Shown: in pieces, positions 17,266 to 26,538 of the stretch
How positions within the stretch are numbered: position 1 is the stretch's first letter
Layout: every line of letters begins with the position of its first letter
NCBI GenBank assembly: GCA_964443125.1
Contig: CAYUBL010000001.1
Location: forward strand, 16,094 to 80,093
DNA: 64,000 nucleotides
Origin: an uncultured Candidatus Saccharibacteria bacterium
GTDB lineage: Bacteria > Patescibacteriota > Andersenbacteria > UBA10190
Direction of reading: 5' to 3'
Notes under the pieces: generated by a model
What the model was told of the DNA's origin: nothing
The model's database searches: none
What the model saw: the letters and a program-made list of their open reading frames with translations, nothing else
Position numbers and translations under genes: made by a program

Positions 17266-19662
17266 ATGCCAACGCGCTCAACTCTCGCTATTTTGGTATC
17301 TGCCATCGTCGCGGCCGCCTTCTTCGCGTATAGCATCCGGGTGCCTGCGGGAAATACAATCACCATCGAGCATACGGGCAACTTCGGCGAGATTACCGGA
17401 AACACGATAGTAGGACAGACGTTCACAGCATCGCAAGATAACCTCTCGTCACTCAGCGTCATGATGGCGACGTATTCCGGGCGCGAAAATACGCAGCCGG
17501 TTCTGTTTGAGTTAAAAGAATCCCCGACGTCGGAGATGATACTCCGTACGGCAACCGCCGATCCGCGTACGTTCGGAGATAATCAATTTTATGCATTTTC
17601 TTTTGATCCGATCGCAGAGTCGAAAGGAAAACAATTCTTTTTCGCAATTTCATCTCCTGAAAGCATGCCCGGCGACGCGATCGCGATAGACGTAAACGCC
17701 GCCGATCCGTATCCGCTCGGCGCAGCATACCTCGTACGAGACACGGGAGAGACTCCTTCGCTGCGCCTTATCGAACGCTCCGGCAAGCAGGATATCGACC
17801 TGGTATTTTATCCTTCCTACCGCGTACCTCTTGGCGCGTATCTTGTCCGCAGCGTCAAGCAAGCGATTATCACGTTCTTTGCGACGTGGAATGACTCCCG
17901 GCATGTATATGCGCTGTGGGCGGGAGCATTCATCCCGATTGCGGCATACGCGCTATTTTGCCTCTTCATATTTCGCACAGGCGCCATGCCGCCTGCAACA
18001 TACCTGTTGCCCGGCATCTTTCTCGCTGCGCTTTTCATGCGGTACATGTACGCCAGATCTCTTCCGCTTACCGTAGATGAAGGGAATTACCTGTATGATG
18101 CATGGTCGCTGCGGCATGGCGTGTTTGCAGGAGGCGACGGATACGTGAAAGCCCCTATCTTCATTGCATGGACGGCATTCTGGCAGATGCTGCTCGGCAA
18201 CACCATCATGGCGGGGAGAGTAGGGTCTGCCGTTGCCGGAGCCGCGGTTGCACTTCCCATATTCCTGCTCGTCAAAACGCTGTGGAATGCACGCGCCGCA
18301 TATCTTTCCGCGGCGCTCTGGGCCGTTGCCGGAGCTGCGGTTGTTTCCAATGCGTATGTGCATACGCAAAGCGTCGCCGTATTCTTCGGCGTTTCCGGTA
18401 TTGCGCTGCTTGCATACGCACTCAAAGAAAAATCAGGTTCATGGCGTCATCTGCTGCTATCCGGACTTGTCATCGGAACCGCAGTTGCATCTCGCAAAAG
18501 CATGCTCGCGTTGGGACTTGTAGTGGTTCTGCTTCTTTTTGCGCTGTCTCCCTCATGGAAGCTACGCCTGCGCAATACCGGTATTGTCGGCGCAGGCTTT
18601 ATTGCGGTACTTGCCCTTTTCTACTTGTTTGCATATTCCATATATGGAATGGAGGGCGTGATCGAAGCCATCGGAATCAATTCCGCAACAGACGGAGTAT
18701 CAAGCATCGAACCATCCGAACGAGAGCAGGTACGCGCATATTCCTTGCGAGGGATGACGCCGTTTTTCCGAGAATCTTTGCCCCTTATTCTGCTCTCCTT
18801 GCTCGGCGTTGGGTATTCCATGAAGCGCCGGCTCTTCTGGATTTTGCCGCTTGCCGTATGGTGGTGGGCGTGGGGGTTCTTTTCGGAATATGAAGGAGCG
18901 GCATTTATGGCATACGGCATTCCACTTCTCTGGCCGCTGTTCGGCGCCCTTTTATTTATTTCGTCCAGCCTGAAACCCGCTTCCTCTTCCAAAGAAGAAG
19001 AACAGGGGGCGCGGTTCGCACGCGGACTCATCGGACCTCTTTGGGTGGGAAGCTTTGTATTCTTTTACATGAACTGGATTAAATTCCACGCAAATTATAT
19101 TTCTGAATTTATTCCGCCGCTCGCCATTCTCGGAGGCGTCGGCGTGTGGTATTTTCTTGATCGCGTTCGAGATACGGCCAATTCGTGGATTAAAAATATC
19201 CTATTTACCCTCTTCCTCATTACCTCGCTATGGGCAGGTACCGTATCCAATTACATCACCTACTTGTTCGAACATACCGGACAGTTCAGCCAGCAAGCAG
19301 CTAAAGAGGCTGCGATATGGGCGCAAGAACATATCCCGCAAGATGCGGCAATCTTTACCGGCGCTGCGCTTATTCCATACCTTTCCGGACATCGGGTATC
19401 GCTCGATATCGCGCATCCTCGATGGTACGCATACGAGTTCACCCGCACCGACCCTATGCGCCTGGAAACCTTCTTACCGTCAACACAAGCAATGCTTGCG
19501 GCATATCGCGATGCAGATTGGTTTCTCCTTGAAAGCCAGACCGGATTTTCATTCCTTATGGAGTATTCGGAAATAGAGAAGGGGCTTGAGACAGACTGGG
19601 AGCGCATCCATGGCATCGAGAACGGATCGAATACCATGACGTTCTACAAGCGAATACGATAA
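17266..19662 (+). CDS. GT-C fold membrane glycosyltransferase (GT39/GT83, PMT/ArnT-like)
   Basis: 798 aa, about 12 or more predicted TM helices. A periplasmic-loop DE motif (LTVDEGNYLYDAWSLRHG) after TM1 is typical of the PMT/ArnT family. Confidence 0.6.
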   Translation: MPTRSTLAILVSAIVAAAFFAYSIRVPAGNTITIEHTGNFGEITGNTIVGQTFTASQDNLSSLSVMMATYSGRENTQPVLFELKESPTSEMILRTATADPRTFGDNQFYAFSFDPIAESKGKQFFFAISSPESMPGDAIAIDVNAADPYPLGAAYLVRDTGETPSLRLIERSGKQDIDLVFYPSYRVPLGAYLVRSVKQAIITFFATWNDSRHVYALWAGAFIPIAAYALFCLFIFRTGAMPPATYLLPGIFLAALFMRYMYARSLPLTVDEGNYLYDAWSLRHGVFAGGDGYVKAPIFIAWTAFWQMLLGNTIMAGRVGSAVAGAAVALPIFLLVKTLWNARAAYLSAALWAVAGAAVVSNAYVHTQSVAVFFGVSGIALLAYALKEKSGSWRHLLLSGLVIGTAVASRKSMLALGLVVVLLLFALSPSWKLRLRNTGIVGAGFIAVLALFYLFAYSIYGMEGVIEAIGINSATDGVSSIEPSEREQVRAYSLRGMTPFFRESLPLILLSLLGVGYSMKRRLFWILPLAVWWWAWGFFSEYEGAAFMAYGIPLLWPLFGALLFISSSLKPASSSKEEEQGARFARGLIGPLWVGSFVFFYMNWIKFHANYISEFIPPLAILGGVGVWYFLDRVRDTANSWIKNILFTLFLITSLWAGTVSNYITYLFEHTGQFSQQAAKEAAIWAQEHIPQDAAIFTGAALIPYLSGHRVSLDIAHPRWYAYEFTRTDPMRLETFLPSTQAMLAAYRDADWFLLESQTGFSFLMEYSEIEKGLETDWERIHGIENGSNTMTFYKRIR

Positions 19663-19697
19663 TTGCCAGCACGAACAGATTGCGATACCATGGCTTG

Positions 19698-20861
19698 ATG
19701 CCTGAAAAAGTCGCAATTGTCCATGATGAGCTTGTCCGCCGGGGCGGGGCGGAAATGGTGCTTGAAGAACTGCTGCGAATGTACCCGCAAGCGGACGTGT
19801 ACGCGCTCTATGCCGGAAATATCCCAAAAATGACGATCGACGGCAAGACGTACGCCATCAAGACGTCTTCGCTCCAAAAATTGCCGGTATTTTTCCGAAC
19901 GCACATGAGCCGCATGCTCCCGCTATTGCCGCAATCCGCGGAGCAGTTCGACCTTTCCGGGTACGACCTTGTCATCAGCAGCGCAAGCGGGTTTGCAAAG
20001 GGGATTATCACCAGGTCGAGCGTGCCGCACCTCTGCTACTGCCATACGCCCACGCGGTACCTTTGGGATGCATCCCAATCAGTCCTCCGCGAAAGCGGGC
20101 TGGCGAAGCCGTTTTTGCGCCTCTTGTTTCATTATCTTCGGATGGTGGACTTTGCTGCAGCCCAGCGTCCGGATGCGTATGTGGCAAACTCCCTCTATAC
20201 GAAAGAAAAAATTTCCCTGTATTACCGAAGGGATGCAGCTGTCGTATATCCGGCAATCGATACGAATTTCTTCACCCCCGCCTTCGGCTCTCCCAGCGGC
20301 AGCGCTGCGGCAAATCGGCCTCGACGATATTTCTTGTGCGTAGGAAGACTGACCAAAGAAAAGCGATTTGACCATGCGATTCAAGTCATGGAGAAGCTCG
20401 GATTTCCGCTTATCATCGCCGGATCCGGGAGCGATGAAGCTCGGCTTAAGTCGCTCGCGCGAAAGAATACTACGTTCGTCGGACGCGTGTCGCAAGAAGA
20501 TTTGCGAGAGCTGTACCGGTCCGCCCGCGCGCTTATTCAGCCCGGAGTAGAGGATTTCGGCATGTCTGCAGCGGAGGCGCTCGCGTGCGGAACCCCCGTC
20601 ATTGCATTCGGAAAAGGCGGCGTCCGGGAGATTGTGGTCAACGGCGTGCACGGCGTACTATACAAAGACCAGCTTCCCGAGATGCTTGCAGAGTCTCTCC
20701 GGCAATTCCTTCGCATCGAGCGGGCGTTTTTCCCGGGCAATCTGCAGAAGCGCGCCCTCTCTTTCTCTCGAGAAGCGTTCCAAAACGGAATCCGGGAGCA
20801 AGTTGAACATCTGCTCCAAGTAAGGAATACTACAAAGTATGAAACACTCTCTTCGTCTTGA
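19698..20861 (+). CDS. Glycosyltransferase family 4 (GT-B, retaining)
   Basis: N-terminal KVAIVHDELVRRGGAEMVLEEL and C-terminal EDFGMSAAEALACGTPVIAFGKGGVREIV (GT4 EX7E-type motif). Confidence 0.8.
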   Translation: MPEKVAIVHDELVRRGGAEMVLEELLRMYPQADVYALYAGNIPKMTIDGKTYAIKTSSLQKLPVFFRTHMSRMLPLLPQSAEQFDLSGYDLVISSASGFAKGIITRSSVPHLCYCHTPTRYLWDASQSVLRESGLAKPFLRLLFHYLRMVDFAAAQRPDAYVANSLYTKEKISLYYRRDAAVVYPAIDTNFFTPAFGSPSGSAAANRPRRYFLCVGRLTKEKRFDHAIQVMEKLGFPLIIAGSGSDEARLKSLARKNTTFVGRVSQEDLRELYRSARALIQPGVEDFGMSAAEALACGTPVIAFGKGGVREIVVNGVHGVLYKDQLPEMLAESLRQFLRIERAFFPGNLQKRALSFSREAFQNGIREQVEHLLQVRNTTKYETLSSS

Positions 20862-21144
20862 GCACATTACGCTCACCGAGCTTGATGCCAAGCATTTGGA
20901 AGACAAGCTCGATCGCATCGAGAAGCATCTTACGGCTCCGTATACGGCAGATGTGCACATTCTCCGCGACGCCCATCACATAAAGGGCGATGTTATTACC
21001 TGTACCATTATCATTGAACAAGGGAAAGAAATGTTTCGAGTAGAGAGGACAAGCGACACCGTTCCAAATGCAATCGATGCGTGCATCGCCGCATTAAAAT
21101 CAAGCCTTCTTTCGAGCCACGACCGCCGAAAGGAACACAACTAA
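20839..21144 (+). CDS. hpf: Ribosome hibernation factor HPF/RaiA (short form)
   Basis: About 100 aa with a beta-alpha-beta-beta-beta-alpha pattern (LTELDAKHLEDKLDRIEKHL...VHILRD...). Classic position immediately upstream of secA. Confidence 0.6.
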   Translation: MKHSLRLEHITLTELDAKHLEDKLDRIEKHLTAPYTADVHILRDAHHIKGDVITCTIIIEQGKEMFRVERTSDTVPNAIDACIAALKSSLLSSHDRRKEHN

Positions 21145-21151
21145 AGCCGCT

Positions 21152-23812
21152 ATGGCGTTTTTCCGAAATCTTCTCCCGTTTACGGGTTCATCGCGGCATG
21201 AAAAAGCCGCGCAGGATCTTTTGCCGACTGTCGCCAAGATTACCTCTCTCGAACAAACGGTTTCCGCGATGAGCGATGACGAGCTCAGAGAGTTCGTATT
21301 GCAATGGAAAGGAAAAGCGCGGCAAGAGCTCCATGACCATGTAACAGAAATCTTTGCCGGCATTCGAGAGGCGGGGCGCCGCACGCTCGGCATGCGGCTA
21401 TTCGACGTCCAACTCATCGGAGGATTGGCGCTTTTAACCGACTCCATCGCGGAAATGAAGACAGGAGAGGGGAAAACGTTCGTTGCTACGCTTCCGCTGA
21501 TATTTAATGCATTGGCGGAAAAAGGCGCGCATTTGGTAACCGTGAACGAATACCTGGCGCAGCGCGATGCCGATTGGATGCGGCCGATATACGAATTCTT
21601 CGGGCTCTCGGTAGGAGTAATCCTTGCCGGCCAAACGCCAGAAGAAAAGCGGGCGGCATATGCGGCCGATATCACGTACGGAACGAATAATGAATTCGGT
21701 TTCGATTATCTGCGCGATAACATGGCGCAGAGCTTATCATCGCTTGTACAACGGGACTTGTATTACGCGCTCGTGGATGAGGTGGACAGCATTTTAATCG
21801 ATGAAGCGCGTACGCCCCTTATCATATCCGCCCCCGATACGGACTCCACTGCGCTGTACGACCAATTCTCGCGGCTCGTGCCGCTTCTGAAAGCGGGAGA
21901 ACACTACAACGTCGACGAAAAACGCAAAGCTGCAACGCTTACCGATGACGGCGCGACTTTCGTCGAGCAACAGCTCGGCATAGACAACATGTATGCGGAC
22001 AAAGGCATTCGGTTCGTCCATCATTTGGAACAAGCGTTGCGGGCGCATACCATGTACCATCGTGACAAAGATTACATTGTCCAAGACGGCCGCGTCGTCA
22101 TTGTCGACGAATTTACCGGCCGCCTGATGGAGGGCCGCCGATATTCCGAAGGGCTCCACCAAGCTCTTGAAGCGAAAGAGCGGGTTCCCGTCCAGCAAGA
22201 GAGCAGGACATTGGCGTCGATTACGTTCCAGAATTTCTTCCGCCTGTATTCGCATATCGGCGGCATGACCGGTACGGCAATTACATCTGCGGAAGAATTC
22301 GAGCAAGTATACAATCTGGATGTCGTCGTAGTTCCGACTAACAAACAGATGATCCGCAAAGACCAGCCGGACAAGATTTACATGAACGAACAGGCAAAAT
22401 ATCGCGCGCTGGTTGCGGATATTAAAGACCGACATGCAAAGGGCCAGCCGGTATTGGTGGGAACAATCGCAATTGAAAAGTCCGAATATATTTCCGATCT
22501 GCTGAAAGCAGCCGGGGTTCCGCATGAAGTGCTGAACGCCAAACACCACGCCCGGGAAGCAGAAATCATATCCCGCGCAGGCCAAAAAGGCGCCGTTACC
22601 ATTTCCACGAACATGGCAGGCCGCGGAACGGATATCAAGCTCGGCGAAGGTGTCGCCGAAATCGGCGGACTTGCCGTGCTGGGTACCGAGCGGCATGAAG
22701 CCCGCCGCATCGATAACCAGCTGCGCGGACGGTCCGGCCGCCAAGGAGATCCGGGCGAGACGCAATTTTACGTCAGCATGGAAGATGACATGATGCGCGT
22801 ATTCGGCGGAAGCAGGATTCAGAGCATCATGGAGCGGCTCAACGTCCCGGAGGACGAACCAATCGTGAATAAAATGGTAAGCCGCGCGCTCGAAGGAGCG
22901 CAGGAGCGGGTAGAGGGCTATTACTTCGACATGCGCAAGCAGGTGCTGTCCTATGACAACGTATTAAACAAACAGCGGAACGCAATCTATACGCTGCGCC
23001 GCACCATTCTTCGGGACGGCAAGTGGAAAGACCCAAACAAAGACCCGGAAGACCTCCACACGTACATCCTTTCTTTGGCAGAAAACCAGGCATCGCTTCT
23101 GACCGCAACGCATACGACAACATCCCATGAAGAAGACTGGAATCTGGAGGAAATCGCGGAATCCGTCCATGCGGCAGCCAACACGCCGACCGATGAAGTG
23201 CAGAGAAATCTTTCCGGGATCGTCGCTGAACATATCCCATCCGGTCCGGATGAGGCGCGCAATGCGATTACCGTATACATTCGAGATATCATTGCACATC
23301 GCATTACAGAAAAACAAAACCAGCTAGGCAATGAAACGATGGATCAGCTGGAGCGCGCAGCGGCGCTGCGCTCTATTGATGCGCTCTGGATGGACCACCT
23401 CGACACGATGGACTATCTGCGTACGGGAATCGGCCTTCGCGGGTACGGACAGCGAGATCCGCTGGTGGAGTATCAAAAAGAAGGCCACCGCATGTTCCAA
23501 GAGCTGCTCGCATCCATCCGCTCATCGCTGCTCGATACCGTTCTGCGCGCAGAAGCGATCCGCCAAGAAACGACAGCGCAAGGAATCGCGCATCATGATC
23601 AAGCTGCATCTCCGATGGCCCAGCCTTCGCCCGGCCAGCCGGCCGAGCTTCGGCAGGCAAGCCAGTCCCATGTACACGAGAGACATTCGCATGCTGCAAC
23701 AGATACCGATTCCAGCGGCACCATCCGCAATCCGTATAAAGATGTAGGCCGAAACGACCCATGCCCGTGTGGATCGGGGAAAAAATTTAAGAAGTGTCAC
23801 GGAAAAAGCTAA
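21152..23812 (+). CDS. secA: Preprotein translocase ATPase SecA
   Basis: 886 aa with DEAD-motor motifs (MKTGEGKT, DEVDSILIDEARTPLIIS) and the C-terminal zinc motif CPCGSGKKFKKCHG. Confidence 0.95.
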   Translation: MAFFRNLLPFTGSSRHEKAAQDLLPTVAKITSLEQTVSAMSDDELREFVLQWKGKARQELHDHVTEIFAGIREAGRRTLGMRLFDVQLIGGLALLTDSIAEMKTGEGKTFVATLPLIFNALAEKGAHLVTVNEYLAQRDADWMRPIYEFFGLSVGVILAGQTPEEKRAAYAADITYGTNNEFGFDYLRDNMAQSLSSLVQRDLYYALVDEVDSILIDEARTPLIISAPDTDSTALYDQFSRLVPLLKAGEHYNVDEKRKAATLTDDGATFVEQQLGIDNMYADKGIRFVHHLEQALRAHTMYHRDKDYIVQDGRVVIVDEFTGRLMEGRRYSEGLHQALEAKERVPVQQESRTLASITFQNFFRLYSHIGGMTGTAITSAEEFEQVYNLDVVVVPTNKQMIRKDQPDKIYMNEQAKYRALVADIKDRHAKGQPVLVGTIAIEKSEYISDLLKAAGVPHEVLNAKHHAREAEIISRAGQKGAVTISTNMAGRGTDIKLGEGVAEIGGLAVLGTERHEARRIDNQLRGRSGRQGDPGETQFYVSMEDDMMRVFGGSRIQSIMERLNVPEDEPIVNKMVSRALEGAQERVEGYYFDMRKQVLSYDNVLNKQRNAIYTLRRTILRDGKWKDPNKDPEDLHTYILSLAENQASLLTATHTTTSHEEDWNLEEIAESVHAAANTPTDEVQRNLSGIVAEHIPSGPDEARNAITVYIRDIIAHRITEKQNQLGNETMDQLERAAALRSIDALWMDHLDTMDYLRTGIGLRGYGQRDPLVEYQKEGHRMFQELLASIRSSLLDTVLRAEAIRQETTAQGIAHHDQAASPMAQPSPGQPAELRQASQSHVHERHSHAATDTDSSGTIRNPYKDVGRNDPCPCGSGKKFKKCHGKS

Positions 23813-23923
23813 TTCAAAGGATTATCCTTGGAATTGCATTTAGACGGCTTCTAGGCACAATATTTCAAGCTGGAGAAATAAATCTCGACTAAACCACATG
23901 AGAAATGTATACTTGTTAATGCT

Positions 23924-24118
23924 ATGTGGAGCTTTATACCAAAATTCTTTTCGAAAGATAACGAAACAACTCTCTTAACCTCTTCGGTTAATGAAGATGT
24001 TATTTCTGATGCGTATAAAAGCGTAGAGAAAGAAATTGAATCTCTTCAAAAGTACGATAAGGGCGAAAAAGAAATAAATGCACCCGATCTCAAAAGTACT
24101 TTGCGAAGCGTATCGTAA
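23924..24118 (+). CDS. Small ORF upstream of and overlapping doc; candidate antitoxin (Phd-like position)
   Basis: 64 aa, acidic/charged. It overlaps the doc start by 41 nt in another frame. No sequence family recognised. Confidence 0.3.
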   Translation: MWSFIPKFFSKDNETTLLTSSVNEDVISDAYKSVEKEIESLQKYDKGEKEINAPDLKSTLRSVS

Positions 24119-24467
24119 GCTTCATGAGAAAGGACAAGTTGCTTTTCCGTTGCACAAAAAGCAACAGGATGCAATTGATAGTGTAGTTAAAACTGTAAAT
24201 GCTACATATTTTGACATTGAGCGCTTCTCTTCACCGGAGGACAAAGCAGTAGCATATCTTTGTTTTATTATTAAGAATCATCCCGTCACTGATGGAAATA
24301 AAAGGCTCAGCATTCTGTGGTTTCAAGTGTATTGCGACGTTCATAACTTAGATCCAGATATAACAACATACGGGGGACTTGATATTCTTGCAGTTTCAAT
24401 TGAAAAATCCGACCTAGAAATGGAAACTTTAATAGAAATAGTAAAATCCATACTATTTGGAAAATAA
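24078..24467 (+). CDS. doc: Doc (death-on-curing)/Fic-family toxin
   Basis: 129 aa, starts MHPIS (compare P1 Doc MRHIS). Fic/Doc motif HPVTDGNKR (HxFx[DN]GNKR). Lies in a locally AT-rich segment between secA and the NUDIX genes. Confidence 0.75.
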   Translation: MHPISKVLCEAYRKLHEKGQVAFPLHKKQQDAIDSVVKTVNATYFDIERFSSPEDKAVAYLCFIIKNHPVTDGNKRLSILWFQVYCDVHNLDPDITTYGGLDILAVSIEKSDLEMETLIEIVKSILFGK

Positions 24468-24475
24468 TTTCTTTT

Positions 24476-24889
24476 ATGCCAACTGACATCCACAAAAGCG
24501 CATTACTGATCCTGAACGAAGATGCTACGGCGTTTTTGGTTTCTATGAACAAGGGAAAAGAACACTGGATTATGCCAGGAGGGAAGATTGAAGCAGGCGA
24601 AACGCCGGAAGATGCGCTGGTGCGAGAAATACAAGAAGAACTCGCGTGCGATCTGGATAAAGAAAGTTTAGAGCACATTACGGACTATGTCGGCCCTGCG
24701 GCAGGCATGCCGGGCGTGATGGTGCATATTAAGCTGTATGCAGGCACGATAAACGGCACGCCGACGCCGAATGCGGAAATCGAGAAACTCGGCTGGCTGT
24801 CGAAAGAAGATATCGGCAACATGGTAGCCAGCGAAACCATCCGCACGCTCATTATTCCGGATCTCGTGAAGCGTGGTATTTTGAAATAA
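24476..24889 (+). CDS. NUDIX hydrolase
   Basis: Nudix box GGKIEAGETPEDALVREIQEELA. Confidence 0.8.
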   Translation: MPTDIHKSALLILNEDATAFLVSMNKGKEHWIMPGGKIEAGETPEDALVREIQEELACDLDKESLEHITDYVGPAAGMPGVMVHIKLYAGTINGTPTPNAEIEKLGWLSKEDIGNMVASETIRTLIIPDLVKRGILK

Positions 24890-24945
24890 GTATGATACCG
24901 GATAAAGAAGTTCCCCTTGGTGGACGCATGTTTTAATATCAACAT

Positions 24946-25125
24946 ATGGACCCATTAATCCCAGAGCAACGGCCAAGGGTTGGCATCGGCGTCATGGTGA
25001 TGAAAGATGGCAAGGTGCTGCTGGGCAAACGCAAAGGGTCGCATGGTGCAGGCGAATACGCGTGGCCGGGCGGACATATGGAATACATGGAGAGCTTTGA
25101 AGATGTGGCCAAGCGCGAAGTATAA
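24946..25125 (+). pseudogene. Truncated NUDIX hydrolase remnant (59 codons ending inside the Nudix box)
   Basis: MDPLIPEQRPRVGIGVMVMKDGKVLLGKRKGSHGAGEYAWPGGHMEYMESFEDVAKREV, then TAA. The stop falls right after the REV of the Nudix box, 4 nt before the next intact NUDIX gene. Confidence 0.65.
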
Positions 25126-25129
25126 GTAT

Positions 25130-25612
25130 ATGGCCAACAAACTTCTTACGCTTTGCATTATCCGCCAAGGGGACAATGTTCTGCTCGGTATGAAAAAGCG
25201 CGGCATGGGAATAAACAAGTGGAATGGATTCGGAGGGAAAGTGGAAGCAGGGGAGACAATCGAAGAGGCGACGATGCGAGAGGTTTCGGAAGAGGCGGGG
25301 ATCACTGTTTCGTCCGTAGAGAAAATGGGTGTGTTGGACTTTACCCTGCCAAATGAAGAAAACGTGTGGCAAACACATATATTCCTGGCACGAGACTTTA
25401 CCGGAACTCCGATAGAAACTGATGAAATGAAACCGCAATGGTTTACTATCGACACCATTCCCTATGAGCATATGTGGGCGGATGACAAATACTGGATGCC
25501 GCTGTTTTTACAGCATAAACCGTTTACGGGTACATTTCGATTTAAAGATTTCGACACGATTATCGATCAGGAGCTTCGAGAAATACCCTTGGCAATGCAA
25601 TGGCACCTATGA
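25130..25612 (+). CDS. NUDIX hydrolase
   Basis: Nudix box GGKVEAGETIEEATMREVSEEAGI. Start taken as MANKLLTLCII (the track ORF extends upstream in the same frame). Confidence 0.8.
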   Translation: MANKLLTLCIIRQGDNVLLGMKKRGMGINKWNGFGGKVEAGETIEEATMREVSEEAGITVSSVEKMGVLDFTLPNEENVWQTHIFLARDFTGTPIETDEMKPQWFTIDTIPYEHMWADDKYWMPLFLQHKPFTGTFRFKDFDTIIDQELREIPLAMQWHL

Positions 25613-26520
25613 TCCTCGGATTTAAGACAGGACCGAAGAATTGGGAAGAGGGCCAGCGGGTTGTTACAGAAACGGGCGCTTTGATGTGCGAAATCTGGTT
25701 CGACGTGACAAAGGCGGATACATACACCGATATGCTTCGGTGGCTAAAAAAACACGACGTCACAATCGGTCTGCACCATTGGGGAGTTATCGACGGCAGC
25801 ATCAAAACAAATCTGGCCACAAGCGATGCGTACATTCGCATGGAAACAATCGAGCAGGTAAAAGATACGATTGATATCGGATCCACTATCGGCTGCGCCT
25901 ACGTCAACGCCCATCCGGGAGCTCAAGAGATTGAAACCATTGATTTTGCCGACTGGAACCAGGGCATTATTCCAGGAAAAGGAACCAGCCAAGAGGACGC
26001 GAAAAAATACTTTTTAGAATCAGCGATGTACCTTGGGCACTACGCCCAGAGCAAGGGCGTAGTGCTTACCATTGAAACAATTACCGCACGAGAAGCAGCA
26101 TCCAGCAGCAACAGGGCGTCGATCTACGATCCCGGCAACATGCCGCCGGAAGCGCTTGTGGCACTGGCGCAGCATGGCGGATGGATTGCGAATGATATTT
26201 CCCATACCGGAAGCCATTTTCTTTTATCGGAGCAAAGCACCGCAGCAGTATGGGAGGCGACACTGGAGTTTTCCCGCCGCATTGCGCCGCGAACCCGACT
26301 CTTGCATACGAATGTCATTACTCCGCCTTATAATGGCACAGATTCGCACGATGGCATTACGGATACGGATTTTATGCGCGAGACATTTCCGAACAAAGAA
26401 GGGTTTATGGAATTTCTCTCGCTGTTTTCCGGACGGGATGACGTATTTGCCGTCAATGAGCCGAAAGAGGACATAGCAGGCAACTATGAAGCGCTGAAGG
26501 CATTTGCAGAACAACAGTAA
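25600..26520 (+). CDS. Hypothetical protein, possibly a xylose-isomerase-like TIM-barrel (sugar phosphate isomerase/epimerase family)
   Basis: 306 aa with alternating beta/alpha pattern and His/Glu-rich strands (IGLHHWGV, VVLTIETI). Weak family assignment. Confidence 0.3.
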   Translation: MAPMILGFKTGPKNWEEGQRVVTETGALMCEIWFDVTKADTYTDMLRWLKKHDVTIGLHHWGVIDGSIKTNLATSDAYIRMETIEQVKDTIDIGSTIGCAYVNAHPGAQEIETIDFADWNQGIIPGKGTSQEDAKKYFLESAMYLGHYAQSKGVVLTIETITAREAASSSNRASIYDPGNMPPEALVALAQHGGWIANDISHTGSHFLLSEQSTAAVWEATLEFSRRIAPRTRLLHTNVITPPYNGTDSHDGITDTDFMRETFPNKEGFMEFLSLFSGRDDVFAVNEPKEDIAGNYEALKAFAEQQ

Positions 26521-26538
26521 ACCCATTACAACTAGGAT

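Noticed and set aside
24078-24118. Frameshift fusing the 64-aa upstream ORF to doc into one longer Fic protein
   Set aside because: A TAA stop lies immediately 5' of the doc ATG in the doc frame. The 129-aa product already matches full-length Doc (about 126 aa) with a Doc-like MHPIS N-terminus, so a separate small upstream ORF is more parsimonious.
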